The notes under the pieces were generated by a model, which worked only from the letters and a program-made list of their open reading frames with translations, did no database searches and had not been told where the DNA came from. From NCBI GenBank assembly GCA_900617105.1, contig UYFQ01000600.1, positions 1 through 64,000 of the forward strand: a stretch of 64,000 bases of DNA, read 5' to 3'. Positions 1 through 11,899 of the stretch are shown here, one piece after another. How positions within the stretch are numbered: the first letter of the stretch is position 1; every line of letters starts with the position of its first letter. This DNA comes from Hydrurus foetidus (Eukaryota). Made by a program: the position numbers and the translations under genes.

Positions 1-208
1 GCAAAATAGGGCGCAGGATCGGGCGCAACGCCGGTCTTGGCGCAGGCCTTGGCGTGGTCGTCCAGCCGGCTTTGCGGATGCCCGGCCTCGCCGTCCTTGA
101 AGCCGATGCCGGCCCAGTCGCCCTGCAGGCAGGCCTCCTGCTGATCGTCGCGCAACTGGCCAGAAGCAGGCCACCCGCCAGGAGCGGAAACAACAAGAAC
201 GGACGCAT
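1..208 (-). CDS. DUF2799-family lipoprotein (5' part, runs off window; one frameshift)
   Basis: ATG at 208 gives MRPFLLFPLLAGGLLLASCATIS (lipobox LLASC); after an indel it continues EACLQGDWAGIGFKDGEAG..LDDHAKACAK, the Cys/DW pattern of DUF2799. Not in the ORF track. Confidence 0.7.
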   Translation of the reverse strand, partial: MRPFLLFPLLAGGLLLASCATISRRPACRATGPASASRTARPGIRKAGWTTTPRPAPRPALRPILRPIL

Positions 209-394
209 GTCAGAAACTCCCCAGGACGGTGTCCCGGAGATAAAGCTTCACCACATGAATGGTCAATGAACCGGGCCCGGTCCGCTTGGAAACGCATTCG
301 CCCCGATGGTCTCATCGAGGTTAAAACGGACTCGAAATCGGAAGTTTATGGCACTTTTATAGCCGATAACTGTCTGATGCTTATCGGAACGCCC

Positions 395-965
395 CTAGTG
401 CAGGGTCGGCCCCTGCGGCCGCCGCCACAGCTGGGCGGTCAGGGCGTTGGCGACGCCCAGCCAGCCCAGGTCCGGCGCCGTACCGCCGCCGACCTTGCGG
501 GCCTCGATCGCGTAGGCGGTGGAGGCCGCCAGCGACGCGGTGGCCGCCGTAACCTGCCCGCCCAGGCGCTTGGCGCCCAAACCCAGCCACAGGGCGTTGA
601 AGCCCTGGGTCAGGCTCCACAGGGTCAGGGCCCGCGTGCGCGCCGGACTGGCCGGCGCGTTCCAGGTGCGCAGGCCCGACAGGGTCATGGCGATGAACAG
701 CGGCGGCAGGAGCAGGCTGGTCAGGGGCTTGGGCTGATGGGCGACCGGCTCGTGCATCTCGGCGAACTCGACCGCATACATCTCGTCGTCCAGCACGGTC
801 TCGTGCCGGCGGCCCATGGCCAGGGCCGCGAATGGCGCCGCCGGCCAGCAGGGCTCCCAGCGCGATCTGGGCGGCGGGATGATTTTCCTCGCGGGCCTCG
901 ACCTCAAAGGCCTCGCGGCCCGCGCGGGCGTGCGTCCGGTGGTGTCTGCCGTTCAGGATGCTCAT
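395..965 (-). CDS. TspO/MBR-like membrane protein (frameshift near 830)
   Basis: Joined ORFs 381..965 and 395..907; hydrophobic helices with TspO-like segments (ALTLWSLTQGFNALW, PDLGWLGVANAL); SD GAGGAG upstream. Confidence 0.5.
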
Positions 966-1100
966 GCCCGGACTCCTCGCTAAACTGGCTGTCTAACCGA
1001 TCGGGACAGGCTTGGTTCCCGCCCTGGCCTCGACAACCTTATGATGGTTGCGTTTTGGGCCCGGCGCCAGCGCCGGGAGTCGTCAGGATGAGCAGGAACC

Positions 1101-1607
1101 ATGACGCCGACGCTGCGCGACGCCCGCCCCGAAGACATCGAAACCGTGCGCGCCATCGAGCGGGCCTCGGCCCAGCGGTTCATCGGCCTGATGGACGCCC
1201 TGGCCGCCGACGAGCCGTCGTCGCCAGAGGTCCTGACGGCGCGCATCGCTGCGGGGGGCCTGCTGGTCGCCATCGACGCCGAAGCGCCCATCGCCTTCGT
1301 GATGTTCCGGCCGGTCGAGGACGGGCTCTATATCGAGCAGATCGACGTCCTGCCCGCCTTCGCCGGCCAGAGGATCGGCGCGCGGCTGCTGGACGCGGCA
1401 TCCGATACGGCCCGGACGCGCGGGCTAGGCGCCCTGACCCTGTCGACCTTCCGCGCCGTGCCCTGGAACGCGCCCTGGTACCGCCGGCTGGGTTTCATCG
1501 ACATCGCCGACGCCGCCCTGACGCCCGGCCTGCGGGAAATCCGCCGGACCCATCTGGAGCGCGGTCTGGACGAGGCCACGCGGACTTTCATGCGGCGCCC
1601 CGTCTGA
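1101..1607 (+). CDS. GNAT family N-acetyltransferase
   Basis: YIEQIDVLPAFAGQRIGARLL acetyl-CoA motif A; LSTFRAVPWNAPWYRRLGF. Confidence 0.85.
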   Translation: MTPTLRDARPEDIETVRAIERASAQRFIGLMDALAADEPSSPEVLTARIAAGGLLVAIDAEAPIAFVMFRPVEDGLYIEQIDVLPAFAGQRIGARLLDAASDTARTRGLGALTLSTFRAVPWNAPWYRRLGFIDIADAALTPGLREIRRTHLERGLDEATRTFMRRPV

Positions 1608-1635
1608 TGGGCGGTGTCTGAATGGCGGCCTCTGC

Positions 1636-2090
1636 TCAGCGGTTGGCCGGCGCGCGCGTCAGGCCGTCGATCAGGGTCTCCATGGCGCCAAGATTGAGCA
1701 GTCCCGCCTGGCGGATCTCCTCGCGGGCCAAAATCTCCGAGGTGACAATCACCCCGCCCGACGCGGTGCGCTGCGCAAACCCCGTGCTGGCCAGCTTGAC
1801 CACATGGCGCCGGGTGGTCTCCACGGGGATGCCCAGCGACCGGGCCAGGGCCGAGATGCTCACGGCCGGCGCATCGCGTCGGGAAAGAACTCTCCGGTGA
1901 CAACCTCAACATAGCCCGGCTGCTCGCGCAGGTGCTCCGTACCGGCCTGGGCGGCGGCGATGAACACCATGGCCCGGTCCATGTCGCCGTCGAAAAGATC
2001 GGTAAAAATCCGGATCATCCGCAGGGCGTAGTCCGCGCCCAGGCTCAGATGGTGACGGTTCACGAACGGCGTCATTTTACGTTTCATCAT
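1636..2090 (-). CDS. Winged-helix DNA-binding protein (frameshift near 1862)
   Basis: Two ORFs join; C-terminal HTH SISALARSLGIPVETTRRHVVKL. Confidence 0.65.
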
Positions 2091-2132
2091 CAGGCGGGGC
2101 GCAGCTTTTGTTCATCATAAATTCAAGAAGCT

Positions 2133-2147
2133 TGCTCAATCTGAGCA
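2133..2147. promoter_or_regulatory. Palindromic operator TGCTCA-N3-TGAGCA
   Basis: Perfect 6-bp inverted repeat between the divergent HTH gene and the MCP gene. Confidence 0.45.
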
Positions 2148-2203
2148 GCGAATTTCACATCTTAAGGCGTTGTTTATGCTGCGGGTAGCACGAACGCGCT
2201 CAG

Positions 2204-4015
2204 TTGGTGGGGACTACAGCAATGCGATTGCGTCTGTCTGGGGCGATGAATCTCTTTGGCGCAAGCCTTGCGGGGGGCCTTCTGATTCTGGCGGCCGTTT
2301 CCTGGTTCGCCATCGAAACGGTGCGCGTGGGCGGCCCGCTGTACGTCAAGATCGTGGCGGGCAAGGACCTGACCGCCGACATCCTGCCCCCGCCGCTATA
2401 CGTGATCGACGTCTATCTTGACGCCAAACTGGCCTTTGCCGCCGGCAGCTCGGCCGATCTGAAATATGCGACTGACGAGCTGGTCAAGCATCGCGCCGAA
2501 TACGAAACTCGCCTGGCCTACTGGCGCGCAATCGATTTCGATCCAGAGGTCAAGTCGGTGCTGATGGGCGAGTCCAATGACAACGCCCAGATCGTCTGGA
2601 CGTCGGCGGACGCCATGGTCAAGGCCATGTCGAACGGCGACACCGCCGCCGCCGCCGCCCAGGAGGCGCAGCTGACCACGGCCTTCAACGCCCATCGCGC
2701 GGCCGTCGAACAGACCGTTCCCCTGATCGCCGCCGACAGCGCCCGCATCGAGGCCCAAGCTCACGCCAAGCAGATCGAGGAACTGCTCTGATGGGCGCGC
2801 TCTGCGTGCTGCTGGGCGCGATCATCGCGGGCGGCGTCTGGGCCATGGGCCGCAGCGTCGTGCGTCCGGTGCAGGCCATCACCCGCTATATGGGCGATCT
2901 GGCGGCGGGCGACTACGAGCGCGCCGTGCCCTTCGCCGGCCGTCACGACGAGCTGGGCGACATGGCCAAGTCCGTCGCGGTGTTCCGCGAAGGCGTTCTG
3001 GAGCGCCGGTCACTGCGCCAGGAGCAGGATCAAGAGCGTCGCCAGTCGAGGCAGAGCGCCAGTCCAGCGAAGACACGCGCCGGCAGGAGCAAGCGCGACG
3101 CCGCCATCGACAGTCTGGCCCAGGCTCTGGACCATCTGTCAGCGGGCAATGTCGCCTATCGCCTGAAACCGCCTTCGCGCCGAATACGAAGCTGCGGGGC
3201 GACTTCAACGCCGCCGCCTCGAAACTGACCACCAGCCTGGGTCAGATCCGCCAGGCCTCCAGCGGCGTCGGGTCCGGCGCTACGAGATCGCCCAGGCCGC
3301 CGATGACCTGTCGCGTCGCACCGAGCAGCAGGCCGCCAGCCTGGAAGAAACCGCCGCCGCTCTGGACGAATCACCGCCACGGTGCGCCGACCGCCGCCGG
3401 CGCCGTCAAGGCCTCGGACGTCGCCGACACCCGCGCGAAGCCCACGCTCCGGCCAGGTCGTGTCAAGCCGCCGTCGGCCATGGGCGAGATCGAGAAGTCC
3501 TCCAAGCAGATCAGCCAGATCATCGGCGTGATCGACGAGATCGCCTTCCAGACCAACCTTCTGGCTCTCAATGCCGGGGTAGAGGCGGCGCGGGCCGGCG
3601 AGGCCGGTCGCGGCTTTGCCGTGGTCGCCCAGGAAGTGCGGGCGCTGGCCCAGCGTTCGGCCGATGCCGCCAAGCAGATCAAGGTCCTGATCAGCACCGC
3701 CTCGACCAAGGTCAGCGAAGGCGTGGGCCTGGTCGGCCAGACCGGCACGGCCCTGGGCGACATCGTGGAGCGGGTCGGCCAGATCGCCGCCCTGGTGGCC
3801 GAGATCTCGGCCTCGTCGCGCAGGAACAGTCGACCGGCCTGAACGAGGTCAATACGGCCATCAACCAGATGGACCAGATGACCCAGCAGAACGCCGCCAT
3901 GGTCGAACAGACCACCGCAGCGGCCCATTCCATGCGAGGCGAGTCCGGACGCCTGACCCAGATGGTCGATCAGTTCAACCTGGAGCCGGCGACGCGCACC
4001 CGGCGCGCCGCCTGA
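2204..4015 (+). CDS. Methyl-accepting chemotaxis protein (multiple frameshifts)
   Basis: TM-periplasmic-TM-HAMP ([12 protein letters not shown]) then MCP hairpin [37 protein letters not shown]; stop TGA 4013-4015. Confidence 0.9.
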
Positions 4016-4019
4016 CAGG

Positions 4020-4502
4020 TCAGCCGGCCGGCAGCTCGCCCATGGCGCTCTGCAGATAGTTCTGCTCGCCGATCGACTTGACCAGGCCGATCTGCATTTC
4101 CAGGAAGTCGATGTGCTCCTCGGTGTCGCTGAGGATCTCGCGCAGCAGTTCGCGGCTGACATAGTCGCGGACCTGCTCGCACTGGATGATGCCGGGGATC
4201 AGGGTCTCGCGACCGCCGACCTCGACGGCCAGGTCCGAGGCCAGGCACTCGGGCACGGTCTCGCCGATCTTCAGCTTGTGCAGGTCCTGCAGGTTGGGCA
4301 GGCCTTCCAGGAACAGGATGCGATTGATCAGCTTGTCGGCGTGCTTCATCTCGCCGATCGACTCGTCATAGGTGATCTTGCCCAGGCGCTTGAAGCCCCA
4401 GTTGTCGTACATCCGCGCGTGCAGGAAATACTGGTTCACGGCGGTCAGTTCGTTGGTGAGCACCGCGTTGAGCAGGCGGATGATACCGGGATCGCCTTGC
4501 AT
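4020..4502 (-). CDS. bfr: Bacterioferritin
   Basis: [42 protein letters not shown] ferroxidase motifs. Confidence 0.97.
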   Translation of the reverse strand: MQGDPGIIRLLNAVLTNELTAVNQYFLHARMYDNWGFKRLGKITYDESIGEMKHADKLINRILFLEGLPNLQDLHKLKIGETVPECLASDLAVEVGGRETLIPGIIQCEQVRDYVSRELLREILSDTEEHIDFLEMQIGLVKSIGEQNYLQSAMGELPAG

Positions 4503-4620
4503 GGCGGGTCTCCTTGAAGTGCGAGTCGCGGCGACGGTGCGGCAAGGCGCAGCAGGCTTCAACCGCTATGTCTGCAAGTGTTTCGCGCTTTCACGGAAAT
4601 CGTGGCGCGGCGGTCCAGAC

Positions 4621-4806
4621 CTATTCGGCGGCGTAGGCCAGAGCCTGACGGCTGTCTTCGATCATCTGGCGCATCTCGCACACGCACTTGGCGCACTGGG
4701 CCTGGCAGCCCTTGTGGCGAAAGATCTCGGCCGGGCGGCTGGCGCCCGCGTCGATGGCGGCGCGCACTTCGCGCTCGCGGATGCCGTTACAGTTGCAAAC
4801 GTACAC
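4621..4806 (-). CDS. bfd: Bacterioferritin-associated ferredoxin
   Basis: MYVCNCNG..CQAQCAKC [2Fe-2S] pattern, directly upstream of bfr. Confidence 0.93.
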   Translation of the reverse strand: MYVCNCNGIREREVRAAIDAGASRPAEIFRHKGCQAQCAKCVCEMRQMIEDSRQALAYAAE

Positions 4807-4825
4807 GGAAGCAAAGCCCTTGCCG

Positions 4826-4882
4826 AATGAGTGTCATTCTCATGTAGCGAAGGCCGAGGTCTTTTGCAACTGACTCTCACTA
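4826..4882. promoter_or_regulatory. Two putative Fur boxes upstream of bfd-bfr
   Basis: AATGAGTGTCATTCTCAT (4826-4843) and TTGCAACTGACTCTCACTA (4864-4882) resemble Fur-type dyads upstream of iron-storage genes. Confidence 0.6.
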
Positions 4883-4962
4883 TGGTTCGCAGCGGCGTGA
4901 GGTCGCGGCTCTCCTCCCCCTGTGGAGAGGGCGATCGTCTGTAGATTCGTGAGAGAGAAAGC

Positions 4963-5074
4963 TGTCATCCCGGACAAGCTCGGCGAAAGCCGGGCGCAGA
5001 TCCGAGACCGCCGGAAGCGCTGAGTTCAGGCGTCGGTCCCGGATCTGCGCGCTGCGCGCTTGTCCGGGATGACA
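4963..5074. repeat. Palindromic intergenic element (GTCATCCCGG..CCGGGATGAC type, REP/MITE-like)
   Basis: TGTCATCCCGGACAAGC..GCTTGTCCGGGATGACA terminal arms plus inner GCGCAGATCCG/CGGATCTGCGC. Confidence 0.85.
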
Positions 5075-5165
5075 ACCGGTTTTGGTCAAAGGCAAAAGCC
5101 CTGCCCTGAAATGGGGAACATCTGTTCTCTCGTCCCCCGGCGCGAATTGGCGTAATTCCCGCGTC

Positions 5166-5819
5166 ATGACCCTCGATTGCCGCCTCTATCTGATCACCCC
5201 GCCGGCCCTGACCGACCTGGACGCCTTCGGCCTTGAGCTGAACAAGGCCCTGGACGGCGGCGACGTGGCCGCGCTGCAGATCCGGCTGAAGGACGTCTCG
5301 GACGCCGCGATTGCGCAGGCCGTGGCGGTGCTCGCGCCGATCGCCCGGGCCCATGACGTGGCGGTGATCCTCAATGACCGGCCAGACCTGGCCGCCAGCC
5401 TCGACTGCGACGGCGTGCATGTGGGCCAGGGCGACACCCCCTACGCCGCCGCCCGCAAGCTGATGGGCAAGGACCGCATGGTCGGGGTCACCTGCCATGA
5501 CAGCCGCCACCTGGCCATGGAAGCCGCCGAGGCCGGGGCCGACTATGTGGCCTTCGGGGCCTTCTTCCCGACCACCACCAAGGACGCCCCCACCACCGCC
5601 GATCCGGAAATCCTGTCGATCTGGCAGGAGGTGATGGAGACCCCCTCGGTGGCCATCGGCGGCATCACCGCCGACAACGCCGCCGGCCTGGCCACGGCGG
5701 GCGCCGACTTCCTGGCCGTCTCGGCCGGGGTCTGGGCCCATCCCCAGGGGCCAGCCGCCGCCGTCGCTGCGCTGAACGCCGCGATCGCCGCAGGCCTGGC
5801 GGCCCGCAACCTCGCCTAA
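5166..5819 (+). CDS. thiE: Thiamine-phosphate synthase
   Basis: [48 protein letters not shown] motifs. Confidence 0.95.
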   Translation: MTLDCRLYLITPPALTDLDAFGLELNKALDGGDVAALQIRLKDVSDAAIAQAVAVLAPIARAHDVAVILNDRPDLAASLDCDGVHVGQGDTPYAAARKLMGKDRMVGVTCHDSRHLAMEAAEAGADYVAFGAFFPTTTKDAPTTADPEILSIWQEVMETPSVAIGGITADNAAGLATAGADFLAVSAGVWAHPQGPAAAVAALNAAIAAGLAARNLA

Positions 5820-5889
5820 CGACGTTATTGCGGGGCCGACCAGACAGGCCTAGCCTCTCCGTTAACCATAGGTTCCGGGGGGGAACGCG

Positions 5890-6299
5890 ATGAACAAGCG
5901 ACTCGTATTGTGCGTGGTGAGCCTGGCGGCTCTGTCTGTGGCGACCTACGCCCTGGCCGAAAACTGGAAGCCCTCGCCCGGCGAGGCCAAGACCTTCTAT
6001 GACGAGGATTTTATGCGGGTGGACGCCAAGTCCGGCATGGTCCTGGTCCGTATTGCCGAGGGCAAGCCCAACGGTCCCTACAGGAACTGGCCGGCCAGCA
6101 AGGGGCCGATCATCATGTTCGCCCTGGACTGCGCGGCCGACAAATGGGTCGATCTGGGCATGGATTTCGTCGGGGACATGGGCCTGAGCAAGGGCTGGCG
6201 CAGCGGCGAAAGATCGACGACGCCAAGGCCGCCGCCGGCAGCGCCGGCAAAGCTGGCCTGCGAAGCTCGCGACAGCCTGCCAAGGTCGATCTGCCCTGA
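5890..6299 (+). CDS. Secreted hypothetical protein (frameshift near 6210)
   Basis: Signal peptide ending YALA; corrected frame ends KLACEARDSLPKVDLP-TGA. Confidence 0.6.
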
Positions 6300-7500
6300 C
6301 CCAGGCCGGGCCGTCAGGGCAACGACCGCGCCGACGTGCTGGATGCGTTGCGCGGCTTTGCCCTGCTGGGGATCTTCATTTCGCATATCCCGGACTTTTC
6401 CGGTCAGGGCGTCCTGAGCGGGCCTGACCTGGCGCGGCTGGACCTGTTCGGCCTGGATGGCGCCGCCGCCACGGCGCAGGACTTCCTGATCCGGGGCAAG
6501 TTCTATGCGCTGTTCTCGCTGCTGTTTGGGATCGGTTTCACCCTCCAGATGGAGAGCGCCGCCAGGCGTGGCGCGGACTTCTCGCGCCACTTCGTCCGTC
6601 GACTGACGGTACTGCTGGCGATCGGCCTGATCCATGCCAGCCTGTGGTATGGCGATATCCTCGGGACTATGCCTGATCCGGCTTCCGATGCTGCTGCTGG
6701 CGCATAGGTGCGAACCCTCGCCTGGGCGACGGCTGGCCTTTGCCATTGCATTTGGTCTGGCCCTGATCGTCGCGGCCTGTTCGCGATGATCGGCTCGACG
6801 GCATCCGGACCGGAACGGGCGACAGCTTTGCCCTCTCATGCAGCCTTCGCCGGTCGGACGTGGCGACGGCCTTCTGGCTCAACCTTGCCCTGGTGAAGCT
6901 CAAAGCCCTGCCAGATGGTCTGCCATATGACGGCAAGGCGATCTCGGTGCTGTCGATGTTCCTGCTGGGGGCTGTGGTGGGCCGACTGGGCCTGCACCGC
7001 AACCTCTCCGACCATGGCGGAACCTTCGCCGTGCTGTTCTGGACCTGCGCGCCGATCGGCGTGATCGGCAATGCGATCCTGACACCCCTGCATGCCGCGA
7101 CGCCGGATTTCCCGCCCTCGGGGCCCTGGATTCTTGAAGGCTGCCTGTTCGCCGTCGCCGTTCCGGCCATGGCCGTCGCCTATGCCAGCGGCTTTGCCTG
7201 GCTATGGTCGCGAGGGGGCGGGAAGATCCTGGCGGGACTGGCGCCCGCCGGACGGATGGCCCTGACGACCTATGTGTCCCAGACCCTGATCGGCATCACC
7301 CTGTTCTATGGCCTCGGCCTTGGTCTGGCGGGCCAGGTCGGACGCGTCGAGGGCATGCTGCTGGCGCTCGGGATCTTCGCCCTGCAATGCGCCACGGCCA
7401 GCCTGTGGCTGCGCTGGTTTCAGTTCGGGCCCATCGAATGGCTCTGGCGTCGTCTGACCTATAGGCGTGATCCCGCTGCGCCGAAGGGTGGCGACCTAGG
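6300..7500 (+). CDS. DUF418/YeiB-family membrane protein (frameshifted, ends approximate)
   Basis: DALRGFALLGI, KFYALFSLLFGIGF, GRMALTTYVSQT, GPIEWLWRRLTY motifs. Confidence 0.85.
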
Positions 7501-7668
7501 GTCTCCCGCGGGAGGCCGGATTTACCACAATCCACCCCCCGCCTTGCTTTCGCGCGCGTCCGCGACTAGGTTCCGCGCCCAATTTCCCGATCTTTCTAAC
7601 CGCCGCTCGCATATCCCCCGCCGTCTCCTCCAGACGCTGCGCAGGGGGACCTATGAGGAAAACCCGCC

Positions 7669-8436
7669 TTGGCCACTCCCTCCGCCCTTCTGAACGTGAT
7701 GATCGACGCTGCCCGCAAAGCGGCGCGTGGCCTGGCTCGCGATTTCGGTGAAGTCGCCGAGCTGCAGGTTTCCAAGAAGGGCGCGGCCGACTTCGTCACC
7801 AATGCCGACCTCAAGGCCGAGCAGACCATCTTCGAACTGCTGGAAAAGGCCCGTCCCGGCTACAGCTTCCTGGGTGAAGAGCGCGGCCTGATCGAGGGCA
7901 CCGACAAGACCCACACCTGGATCGTCGACCCGCTGGACGGCACAACCAACTTCACCTGCACGCCATCCCGCACTTCGCGGTCAACGCATCTCTGCAGCGC
8001 GAGGGCGAGGTGGTGGCCGGCGTCACCTACAACCCCATCACCCACGACCTGTTCTGGGTCGAAAAGGGCAAGGGCGCCTTCCTGGGCGCCGAAAAGCGCC
8101 TGCGCGTCGCCGCCCACCACCATCTGAACAGTGCTGGCCGCCGGCGTGCCCCTTCCTGGGCAAGCCGGCCATGCCTGAAGGAACTGCACCGAGATCAACC
8201 GAAGCGCCGGCGTCCGCCACTTCAGCTTCTTCGCCAGACCTGGCCTGATTAGGCGGTGTTTCGACGTATTGGGGCTGTCTGACCTGGGACGTCTCGGCCG
8301 GCGCGTGCTGATGAATTAAAGCCGGCGGCAGGTCTCGACCATCGAAGAGCACGGCAACCCGGCCGAAGGGGCCTCGATCCTGGCCTGTAACCAGGAACTG
8401 CACCCGTTGGTGCTGGAAAAGCTGCGTCTGGCCTAG
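7669..8436 (+). CDS. suhB: Inositol monophosphatase SuhB (heavily frameshifted)
   Basis: DFVTNADLKAE, FLGEE, WIVDPLDGTTNF motifs; degenerate WDVSAG region near 8285. Confidence 0.9.
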
Positions 8437-8444
8437 GGACCGCC

Positions 8445-8526
8445 AGACTCGCCCCCACCGGGCTGCTGCGCAGCCGTCCGCCCCCGGAGGGGGCGGATGA
8501 TCTCGTCTTCCCCCTCCGGGGGAGGA
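8445..8526. repeat. Palindromic intergenic repeat (CCCCC/GGGGG hairpin family), copy 1
   Basis: Shares AGACTYGCCCCC..CGGGCTGCTGCGCAGCCGTC with 30630-30730; tandem hairpins. Confidence 0.75.
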
Positions 8527-8595
8527 ACCTGGCGGGCCCGGAGGCAGTGTTCAAAGCCCTAGCCGGTGTCGCTGATGCGGCGCTAAATCGCCGCC

Positions 8596-9638
8596 ATGAC
8601 CCTGCTGACCCGTCGCGCCCTGACCACCGCCGCCCTCGCCGGCACCTTCCTGCCCGGCCTCGCCCGCGCCCAGGGCAAGAAGCCCCTCGTCATCGCCCAC
8701 CGGGGCGCCTCGGGCCTGCGGCCAGAACACACGGCCCTGGCCTATGAGCTGGGGATCGAGCAGGGCTGCGACTTCATCGAGCCCGATCTGGTCCCGACCA
8801 AGGACGGCCATCTGGTGGCCCGCCAAAGCGAGATCGGCAGCACGACGTCGCCGCCGTCCGAACCCGCCCGGCGACCAAGACCATCGACGGCGAGAGCATC
8901 ACCGGCTGGTTCTGAGGAGCTTCACCCTGGCCGAGCTCAAGACCCTGCGGGCCCGCGAACGCCTGCCGCAGCTGCGTCCCACCAGCGCCGCAGCTTTGAC
9001 GGCCAGGCCCAGATCTGACCTTCGACGAGGTGGTCGCCATCGCCCGGGCCGCCAGCAAGCGCACCGGCCGCGTCATCGGCGTCTATCCCGGATGAAGCAC
9101 CCAGCTATTTCGCCTCGATCGGCCTGCCGGTCGAGGCCGGATGCTGGACGCCCTGAAGCGCAATGACCTCAACTCGGCCGATGCTCGGTGTTCGTGCAGT
9201 GCTTCGAAGTCACCCCCCTGAAGACCCTGCGCGGCAAGACCCGTGCCCGTCTGGTGCTGCTGGCCGACGCCGAGGGCGGCCCGCCCGACCTGCCGGGCGT
9301 CAAATATGCAGACCTGCTGACCGCCGAGGGCCTGAAGGGCGTGGCGGCCTATGCCGACGGCCTGGGGCCGCATCAGTCGCTGGTGATCCCGCGCGCCGAG
9401 GGCCTGCTTCCGGCCACATCGCTGGTCAAGGACGCCCACGCCGCCGGCCTGCAGGTGCACCCGTGGACCGTGCGGGCCGAGAACTATTCCTGCCGCCGGC
9501 CCTGCGCCGGGCGACGCCGCGCGGCCGACTACATGGCCCTGCACGGCAGGTCGAGCCGCTGCTCAGGCCCCTCTATGCGGCCGGCGTGGACGGCGTGTTC
9601 AGCGACTTCCCGGCCTGGCGGTCGCCGCGCGCGCTTGA
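8596..9638 (+). CDS. glpQ: Tat-exported glycerophosphodiester phosphodiesterase (frameshifted)
   Basis: TRRAL Tat motif; [50 protein letters not shown]. Confidence 0.9.
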
Positions 9639-9691
9639 CCCTCTGAGGCTCGCGGGTGCAGCCTGAGCGCCTTGTCGCGTTGAGGCTTTTC

Positions 9692-10987
9692 ATGAACACC
9701 CGCCTGGCCGTCCTGGCCGCCGCCCTGCTGCTGGGCGCTTCGGCGCCCGCCCTCGCCGCCTCTGTTGGCGGCCCCAAGCTGGACGTCATCGCCCGGGATT
9801 TCGTGGCCCTGACGCTGGAGGCCGGCGAACGCGAGCCCGGCTATGTCGACGCCTATTACGGCCCCAAGGCCTGGGCTGACGCCGCCAAGGCCATCCGCGC
9901 GCCGTGCCGGCCCTGAAGGCCGAGGCCCGCCTGACCGCCGCGACGGGCCGTCGATGACGCCGCCCTCACCCCCGAGCGCCGCAGCGTTCGCCATGCTGGG
10001 CAACTGAAGGCGGCCGAAACCCGCCTGGCCATGCTGGAGGGCGAGAAGTTCAGCTTCCAGGACGAGGCGCAGGGCCTGTTCGGCGTTCGCCCGCCGCTGA
10101 AGCCGCTGGAAAGCTTCGACCCGATCCTGGCCCGGCTCGACAAACTGGTCCCCGGCGAGGGCGACCTGGCCGCCCGCATCGACGCCTTCCAGAGCCAGTA
10201 CGTCATCCCGGCCGACAAACTCGACGCGGTGATGAAGGCCGCCATCGCCGCCTGCAAGGCGCGCACCGAGGCGCACATCGCCCTGCCCAGGGTGAAAAGT
10301 TCGACCTGGCCTTCGTCACCGGCAAGCCGTGGAGCGGCTACAACTGGTACAAGGGCGGCGCCCACAGCCTGATCGAGATCAACACCGACCTGCCCGTCGC
10401 CATCAGCCGCGCCGTCGACCTGGGCTGCCACGAGGGCTATCCCGGTCACCATGTGCTGAACGCCCAGCTGGAAGAGAAGCTGACCAAGGGCAAGGGCTGG
10501 GTCGAGTTCAGCGTCTATCCGCTGTTCTCGCCGCAATCCCTGATCGCCGAGGGCTCGGCCAATTACGGCATCAGCCTGGCCTTCCCCGGCCCCGAGAAGG
10601 TCAAGTTCGAGCGCGAACAGCTCTATCCGCTGGCGGGCCTGGATCCGGCCACCGCCGGCGCCTATGACGCCCTGATGACCGCCAAGGCCGATCTGGCCAG
10701 CAGCGAAAACACCATCGCCGACGCCTATCTGTCGGGTCGCATGGATAAACCCACCGCCATCGCGGCGCTGCCAAATACGGCCTCAGCTCCGTTGCCCGCG
10801 CCGAAAAGCGCCTAAGCTTCATCGAGACCTACTCCTACGTGATCAACTACAACCTCGGCCAGGACATGGTCCGGGCGCATGTCGGGCGGGAGCCAGCCAG
10901 GACGCGCGCTGGAAGGCGATGGAAGCGGTGATCAGCGACCGACGACGCCGGCGGATCTGGCGAGGGGGGCGGCGGGGCGCCTTCTAG
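9692..10987 (+). CDS. Secreted DUF885-like zinc-peptidase-fold protein (frameshifted, end approximate)
   Basis: Signal peptide; GYVDAYYGP, PWSGYNWYKG, CHEGYPGHH, LIAEGSANYG motifs across frames. Confidence 0.65.
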
Positions 10988-11295
10988 GCGGCCGACGGAG
11001 CGCCGCGCCGGAGATAGCGCCCACCGCGGTAGCCGGCCCAGAAAAGCGTTAGAAGGACGACCTCAAGCGCCAGTTCGAGCACGGTTCGCCAGACCGGCGT
11101 CGCCATGGCCGTATGCGGCATGAACAGGCCAATACGCTCATCAGGACACCGTAGGCGGAGAATAGAAACATGATCAGCGGGATCAGCATGGTCCTGCGCC
11201 GCCACTGGATTATGCCGACCAGATAAACCGCGCCCGATGGAGCCGCCATGCCGAGCGCGAAACCAAACACGCCGGTCTGGATCGTATCCATCATG
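10984..11295 (-). CDS. Small membrane protein, hypothetical (frameshift)
   Basis: Hydrophobic segments across ORFs 11049..11378 and 10984..11511; lower GC than flanks. Confidence 0.4.
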   Translation of the reverse strand, partial: HDGYDPDRRVWFRARHGGSIGRGLSGRHNPVAAQDHADPADHVSILRLRCPDERIGLFMPHTAMATPVWRTVLELALEVVLLTLFWAGYRGGRYLRRGAPSAA

Positions 11296-11742
11296 GCGTC
11301 GAAATCTGACTGTGGCCGAGGGCTTGGGAACTCCGGCCATGGCGACGAACATCTTGTCCCGTGTGAGGTAGAACTCAACAGCCTTGGACCGCCGATGCGA
11401 CCGAGAACGCGGCTCCCGCTCGGGCCGCAGTGCTGGCCTCAGACTCGGTGAGAGGGCTGAACAGTTGGGCTGAGCTTGGACACATTCCCCGATACAGGGT
11501 TGAATGATCACAGTGCAACCTCGGGAAACCGCTCATCGTCCGCCTAGGTGGAGTCGGACGCCAGTCCATCCTAGGCGCATCGACGCGTGGCGAAGCCGGG
11601 CTATCTTTATCGGACTGTCGGCCCGAGCCTCAATCGCCGCCTGATCGATGAACCGCCCGCATCGACGTCCGCCAAACCTTCGAGGGTCAGCGCGCGAGTG
11701 CCGCTGTTCCCTGTCGAAACGTTCCACCACCGGCCCCTCTTC

Positions 11743-11873
11743 TCCGCTCTCCCCGGCGAAAGCCGGGGCCCAGATTCAGCCTGAGCGTTTGGCGATGATG
11801 CGCCTTCGACAGCGCAAAATCACGGTGGGATGTGGGTTCGATCTGGATCCCGGCCTTCGCCGGGAAGAGCGGA
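11743..11873. repeat. Palindromic intergenic element (REP/MITE-like)
   Basis: TCCGCTCTCCCCGGCGAAAGCCGGGGCCCAGAT .. ATCTGGATCCCGGCCTTCGCCGGGAAGAGCGGA imperfect ~33-bp arms. Confidence 0.85.
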
Positions 11874-11899
11874 TTTTGGGAGGGGCTTCGGCCCTCCCC

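Noticed and set aside
266..1621. 451-aa ORF and many similar long Arg/Gly/Pro-rich ORFs (e.g. 35067..36500, 42211..43512, 56088..57896, 58588..60675, 63322..63942)
   Set aside because: Shadow frames of real genes in high-GC DNA; no motifs.
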